Shown in pieces: positions 34,674 to 39,295 of a stretch of DNA of 39,295 nt. Source of the DNA: Gammaproteobacteria bacterium (GTDB taxonomy: Bacteria > Pseudomonadota > Gammaproteobacteria > Arenicellales > Poriferihabitantaceae); contig WLWV01000003.1 of assembly GCA_012103395.1 (NCBI GenBank), positions 1 through 39,295 of the forward strand. Reading direction: 5' to 3'. Under the pieces are notes generated by a model, which was not told where the DNA came from, made no database searches, and saw only the letters and a list, made by a program, of their open reading frames with translations. Positions within the stretch are counted from its first letter, which is position 1; every line of letters begins with the position of its first letter. A program made the translations under genes and the position numbers.

Positions 34674-36010
34674 TGGCTAAACCAGGATTCCAATCTCCAG
34701 GAATGCTAGGCAATCTGTCTGAGATTAAGCAGCGGATTCTTTTTGTTCTCGGAGCGCTCATAGTTTTTCGACTAGGGACTCATATTCCCGTACCAGGTGT
34801 TGATCCAGCAGCAGTTGCTGCTTTGTTTGATCAAACTAAGGGATCTATTGTTGATGTCTTCAATATGTTTTCCGGAGGCGCACTGAGTCGGCTTTCGATA
34901 TTTGCGCTTGGAGTGATGCCGTATATTTCTGCGTCAATCATCATGCAGATGATGACATCGGTAGTGCCGAAGCTAGAGCAGCTCAAAAAGGAAGGGGAGT
35001 CCGGTAGACGTAAGATTACTCAATATACCAGATACTTCACAGTTGTCCTCGCCATTTTCCAAGGCGTTGGGATTTCCGTTGCGATCGAAAGCCAGCAAGT
35101 CGCTGGAAACCCGATTATTTTGATACCTGGAATCGGATTTAAGATTGTTACAGCTGCGACATTGGTAGCCGGAACGATGTTTTTAGTTTGGTTGGGTGAA
35201 CAAATAACAGAGCGAGGAGTTGGTAATGGAATATCTCTCATCATTTTTGGATCTATTGTTGCTGGCTTGCCTTCAGCGGTCGCGGGTACATTAGAGTTAG
35301 CGCGGACTGGTGCGTTCTCTTCCTTGGGGGTCTTAACTCTGTTTGTTGGTGCTATAGCGGTTACCTATTTTGTGGTTTTCGTCGAACGAGGCCAAAGGCG
35401 GATTACAGTTAATTATGCCAAGCGTCAGCAAGGACGAAAGATGTTGGCAGGACAAAGTAGTCATTTACCTTTGAAACTAAATATGGCAGGGGTTATCCCC
35501 CCCATTTTTGCATCAAGCTTAATACTGTTTCCAGCGAGTATCGGTAGCTGGTTTGGTCAGGCTGAGGGTATGAACTGGCTAGGGGATTTAGCCACTAAAC
35601 TACAGCCAGGAGAACCAGTTTATACGCTGGCTTATGGGGGAATGATTGTGTTCTTCTGTTTCTTTTATACAGCGATGGTCTTCAATCCAAGCGAAATTGC
35701 TGATAATTTGAAAAAATCCGGTGCGTTTATTCCCGGTATTCGCCCCGGTGTTCAAAGTGCTAAGTACATCGATAGCGTGGTTTCCAAGTTAACGCTTGTT
35801 GGTGCTGCTTACATTACATTTGTTTGCCTGATCCCAGAGTTTTTGATTGTGAAGTGGAGCGTACCGTTTTACTTCGGTGGGACCTCGTTGCTGATTATTG
35901 TGGTGGTAACTATGGATCTAATATCTCAGGTGCAGTCCCACCTCATGTCAAGGCAGTATGAGAGTATTTTGAAGAAGTCGTCGCTTACCGGCCCTCAGGG
36001 GATTAGGTAG
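34673..36010 (+). CDS. secY: Preprotein translocase subunit SecY
   Basis: [34 protein letters not shown] and GGTSLLI motifs; GTG start overlaps the rplO TAG. Confidence 0.99.
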   Translation: MAKPGFQSPGMLGNLSEIKQRILFVLGALIVFRLGTHIPVPGVDPAAVAALFDQTKGSIVDVFNMFSGGALSRLSIFALGVMPYISASIIMQMMTSVVPKLEQLKKEGESGRRKITQYTRYFTVVLAIFQGVGISVAIESQQVAGNPIILIPGIGFKIVTAATLVAGTMFLVWLGEQITERGVGNGISLIIFGSIVAGLPSAVAGTLELARTGAFSSLGVLTLFVGAIAVTYFVVFVERGQRRITVNYAKRQQGRKMLAGQSSHLPLKLNMAGVIPPIFASSLILFPASIGSWFGQAEGMNWLGDLATKLQPGEPVYTLAYGGMIVFFCFFYTAMVFNPSEIADNLKKSGAFIPGIRPGVQSAKYIDSVVSKLTLVGAAYITFVCLIPEFLIVKWSVPFYFGGTSLLIIVVVTMDLISQVQSHLMSRQYESILKKSSLTGPQGIR

Positions 36011-36050
36011 TGTTCCGGTGAAATGGCAATTTTGATTTAGGAGAATTACA

Positions 36051-36164
36051 GTGAAAGTTAGAGCGTCAGTTAAAAAGATTTGCAGAAACTGCAAAGTTAT
36101 TCGAAGAAATAGGACTGTTCGAGTTATTTGTACTGATCCACGGCACAAGCAGCGTCAGGGATAA
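36051..36164 (+). CDS. rpmJ: 50S ribosomal protein L36 (Zn-ribbon form), missed by the ORF track
   Basis: GTG start after SD AGGAG; translates as [37 protein letters not shown]. Confidence 0.97.
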   Translation: MKVRASVKKICRNCKVIRRNRTVRVICTDPRHKQRQG

Positions 36165-36188
36165 ATTCCGAATAGTATGATTATGCGA

Positions 36189-36226
36189 TTGAAGGAGCAG
36201 GCTAAGTTTGTTAGAATCCGGCGCCC
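36189..36226 (+). promoter_or_regulatory. Putative sigma70 promoter of the alpha operon
   Basis: TTGAAG (36189-36194), 17-nt spacer, TAGAAT (36212-36217), followed by GC-rich CCGGCGCCC; upstream of rpsM. Confidence 0.7.
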
Positions 36227-36273
36227 TTCGAGACACCATCGATATTAAAATAAACTTACCAAGAGTATAAAAC

Positions 36274-36630
36274 GTGGCACGTATTTCTGGAATTAATCTG
36301 CCGAACCATAAGCATATTGAGATTGGTTTGACATCAATTTATGGTATTGGACGTAAAACTGCGCAGAATATCTGTGATGCTGCGGGTATCGATCCAACAA
36401 CCAAAGTTCATAGCCTGAGTGAGGAAGACGCTGAAAAGCTTCGGACAGAGGTTTCAAGGTATGAAGTTGAGGGTGACTTGAGACGTGAAATATCGATGAA
36501 TATTAAGCGACTTATGGACCTTGGCTGCTACCGAGGGCTACGCCATCGTAGAGGGCTACCCGTCAATGGCCAACGTACCAAAACTAATGCGCGTACCCGT
36601 AAAGGTCCGACCCGTGCAGTTAAGAAATAG
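36274..36630 (+). CDS. rpsM: 30S ribosomal protein S13
   Basis: MARISG and [26 protein letters not shown] motifs; GTG start. Confidence 0.99.
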   Translation: MARISGINLPNHKHIEIGLTSIYGIGRKTAQNICDAAGIDPTTKVHSLSEEDAEKLRTEVSRYEVEGDLRREISMNIKRLMDLGCYRGLRHRRGLPVNGQRTKTNARTRKGPTRAVKK

Positions 36631-36645
36631 TAATAGAGACTTATA

Positions 36646-37041
36646 ATGGCTAAGGTTAGCGCAAAAAATAAGACGAAGACGAAAGTTAGAAAAAACGTTA
36701 GTGAGGGTGTCGCTCATGTCCATGCGACCTTCAATAATACGATTATCACAATTTCTGATCGTCACGGTGATACATTATGCTGGGCGTCAGCAGGGAACTC
36801 TGGATTCAAGGGTTCTAGAAAAAGTACCCCCTTTGCCGCTCAAATGGCTGCGGAGGTATGTGGTAAAAAGGCTCAGGAGATGGGTGTTAAGCAACTTGAA
36901 GTTAAAATTAAGGGTCCCGGTCCAGGACGAGAGTCGGCCGTTCGCTCACTAAATGCACTGGGGTTTGAAATACATGCGATTTCCGATATCACCCCAATCC
37001 CACACAATGGCTGCCGACCGCCCAAGCGTCGTCGCGTTTAG
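36646..37041 (+). CDS. rpsK: 30S ribosomal protein S11
   Basis: [17 protein letters not shown] and [13 protein letters not shown] motifs. Confidence 0.99.
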   Translation: MAKVSAKNKTKTKVRKNVSEGVAHVHATFNNTIITISDRHGDTLCWASAGNSGFKGSRKSTPFAAQMAAEVCGKKAQEMGVKQLEVKIKGPGPGRESAVRSLNALGFEIHAISDITPIPHNGCRPPKRRRV

Positions 37042-37068
37042 TCTACTGTTTAAATAAGGTAACTGCTA

Positions 37069-37692
37069 ATGGCAAGATATATTGGACCAACCTGTAAGTT
37101 GGCTAGGCGTGAAGGAACGGATCTATTTTTAAAAAGCCCTGTTCGTAGTATCGATTCAAAATGCAAATTTGATCGGCCTCCAGGTGTAAAACCTGGAGGT
37201 CGACGCCCCCGAACTACTGTGTACGGAACGCAGCTGCGTGAAAAACAGAAACTCAGGAGGATTTACGGCATTTTGGAGAAACAGTTTCGTAATTACTATA
37301 AGGAGGCTGCGAGGATCTCAGGCTCCACTGGCCTAAATTTATTACAGTTGCTTGAAAGTCGCTTGGATAATGTTGTATATCGGTTAGGCTTTGGTGTTAC
37401 CCGAGCAGAAGCTAGACAGTTAGTCAGCCATAAATCAGTTTTGGTCAATGGACGAAAGGTCAACGTAGCCTCTTACCAGGTTATGCCCGGAGATGAAATT
37501 CAGATTTCCGATAAGTGCAAAAAGCAACTAAGGATTACCTCGGCGTTGGAAATTGCGGAGCAAATTAGATTTGTTCCTTGGGTTGATGTCGATGTGAAAG
37601 AGGTAAAAGGCACGTTTAAATCTGTGCCCGAACGAGCCGACTTGCCACCTGATATCAACGAAGCGCTTGTTGTTGCTCTTTACTCCAAGTAA
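37069..37692 (+). CDS. rpsD: 30S ribosomal protein S4
   Basis: MARYIGP, QLREKQK and [13 protein letters not shown] motifs. Confidence 0.99.
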   Translation: MARYIGPTCKLARREGTDLFLKSPVRSIDSKCKFDRPPGVKPGGRRPRTTVYGTQLREKQKLRRIYGILEKQFRNYYKEAARISGSTGLNLLQLLESRLDNVVYRLGFGVTRAEARQLVSHKSVLVNGRKVNVASYQVMPGDEIQISDKCKKQLRITSALEIAEQIRFVPWVDVDVKEVKGTFKSVPERADLPPDINEALVVALYSK

Positions 37693-37748
37693 AGAAAGAC
37701 TGTTTCGATTTTTTGATATTAATTTCGTCTCAATTGCGAGGAGTACAG

Positions 37749-38777
37749 ATGCAGGACCCAACAGTCGAGTTTTTGCGCCCACGGTTAGTGGAAGCAAAAA
37801 CCATCGATGAACAGCTTTCCCGTATTACAATTGAACCTCTTGAACGAGGTTTTGGCTATACATTAGGCAATGCCCTAAGACGTATACTGCTTTCATCAAT
37901 GCCCGGTTGCGCTGTTACCGAAGTGCGAATTGAAGGTGTATTACACGAATACTCCGCGCTAGAAGGTGTGCAGGAGGATGTTATAGACATATTGATGAAC
38001 CTTAAATCCTTGGCCGTAGTAATGCACGATCGAAATGAGGCAACTCTGACTTTGAAGAAAAGAGGTCCGGGTCGTGTTACTGCTAATGATATTGAGTTGA
38101 ATGATGATGTTGAAATAGTAAATCTAGACCACCATATCGCAACACTCTCCAAAGACAGTGAGTTAGACATGGAGCTTGTTGTGAAACGAGGAAGGGGGTA
38201 CGAAACAGCGGAAAGTCGCATGTTAGGCAACGAAGAGACCCGCTCGATTGGTGTGATTCAATTAGATGCTTCATTTAGTCCAATTAGTAAGATATCGTAC
38301 TCGGTGGAAGACGCTAGGGTTGAACAAAGAACGGATTTGGATCGATTGGTACTTGAAATTGAGTCGAATGGTTCAATTGATCCTGAAACAGCGGTGAGAA
38401 GAGCGGCAACGATCTTGCATGATCAAATTTCGGTTTTCGTTAATCTCGAAGAATCTATGGTTCAAAGCAAGATAGAAGATGAGCCAGAAGTCGATCCTAC
38501 ATTGCTGAGACCTGTAGACGATCTCGAATTGACTGTGAGATCAGCTAATTGTTTGAAAGCCGAAAATATATACTATATTGGTGATTTGGTTCAGCATACA
38601 GAAACTGAGTTGCTAAAAACGCCAAATTTGGGTAAAAAGTCGCTAACAGAAATAAAAGATGTGCTCGCCCAACGAAATTTGGTGTTGGGTGTCAAATTAG
38701 AGAACTGGCCGCCTGCTTCGATTGTTAAAGAAGAAGAAGGTAGCAACATTGGAATGGGTTATAGCAATGCGTCATAA
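37749..38777 (+). CDS. rpoA: RNA polymerase subunit alpha
   Basis: [34 protein letters not shown] and [11 protein letters not shown] motifs. Start moved to ATG 37749, after SD GAGGAG. Confidence 0.99.
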   Translation: MQDPTVEFLRPRLVEAKTIDEQLSRITIEPLERGFGYTLGNALRRILLSSMPGCAVTEVRIEGVLHEYSALEGVQEDVIDILMNLKSLAVVMHDRNEATLTLKKRGPGRVTANDIELNDDVEIVNLDHHIATLSKDSELDMELVVKRGRGYETAESRMLGNEETRSIGVIQLDASFSPISKISYSVEDARVEQRTDLDRLVLEIESNGSIDPETAVRRAATILHDQISVFVNLEESMVQSKIEDEPEVDPTLLRPVDDLELTVRSANCLKAENIYYIGDLVQHTETELLKTPNLGKKSLTEIKDVLAQRNLVLGVKLENWPPASIVKEEEGSNIGMGYSNAS

Positions 38778-39156
38778 GATAGCTGGACGAAGTTTAAATC
38801 GAACTTCTTCTCACCGAAAAGCGATGTTTAGCAATATGGCTAATTCTCTGCTTAGACATGAGCAAATCAAGACAACGTTACCTAAGGCGAAGGAGCTTAG
38901 AAAGGTTGCTGAGCCGCTAATTACACTAGCCAAGAACTCAAGTGTAGCTAATCGCAGAATAGCGTTTGCTAAACTTCGAGATCGTGAGATGGTTGGTAAG
39001 CTGTTTGATGATCTCGGCCCCCACTATAAGGCTCGACCGGGAGGCTATCTCAGAATCCTTAAATGCGGCTTCAGGGATGGGGACAACGCGCCTATGGCAT
39101 ATGTTCAATTGGTTGATCGCCCTTTAGAGACTGAGCCAGAGGGTAACGAAGCCTAG
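38767..39156 (+). CDS. rplQ: 50S ribosomal protein L17
   Basis: MRHK…[21 protein letters not shown] and RPGGYLRI motifs. Start is ATG 38767, inside the rpoA 3' end. Confidence 0.98.
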   Translation: MRHKIAGRSLNRTSSHRKAMFSNMANSLLRHEQIKTTLPKAKELRKVAEPLITLAKNSSVANRRIAFAKLRDREMVGKLFDDLGPHYKARPGGYLRILKCGFRDGDNAPMAYVQLVDRPLETEPEGNEA

Positions 39157-39198
39157 AAGCAGATCAGCTGTAGAAGTTTAGACCAAATCTGACACCGT

Positions 39199-39295
39199 AT
39201 TAAATCAATCCGAGCGAAGCGAGGGTTGATTTAATGAGAGTTACCCGTTTTGATGTAGTTACCAAACAATATCAAAACACAACGAGGTAACTCTC
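39199..39295. repeat. Two abutting inverted repeats downstream of rplQ (terminator and/or small palindromic element)
   Basis: First: ATTAAATCAATCC / GGGTTGATTTAAT around GAGCGAAGCGA (39199-39235). Second: GAGAGTTACC / GGTAACTCTC with inner GTTTTGATGT / ATATCAAAAC (39236-39295). Confidence 0.7.

Overview
A 39.3-kb core-genome window, probably from a gammaproteobacterium (inferred from gene order and protein motifs; no infA between secY and rpmJ). Left to right it holds ilvD and ispG on the minus strand, then birA-coaX-SPOR protein, the tRNA cluster Thr(UGU)-Tyr-Gly-Thr(GGU)-tuf, tRNA-Trp-secE-nusG, rplKAJL-rpoBC, and the contiguous str, S10, spc and alpha ribosomal protein clusters ending at rplQ. 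The standout feature is a 265-nt ORF-less group I intron (6541-6805) that interrupts tRNA-Thr(UGU) right after the anticodon (position 36/37). It has a complete Azoarcus-like (IC3-type) core and an internal guide sequence (GCA) matched to the UGU anticodon. Secondary observations: a divergent, possibly horizontally acquired ispG; two apparently identical tuf copies that share flanking bases; a long structured rpsL-rpsG spacer; an rpoA/rplQ overlap; and a double-hairpin element at the right edge. No CRISPR array, transposase, integrase or rRNA was seen.
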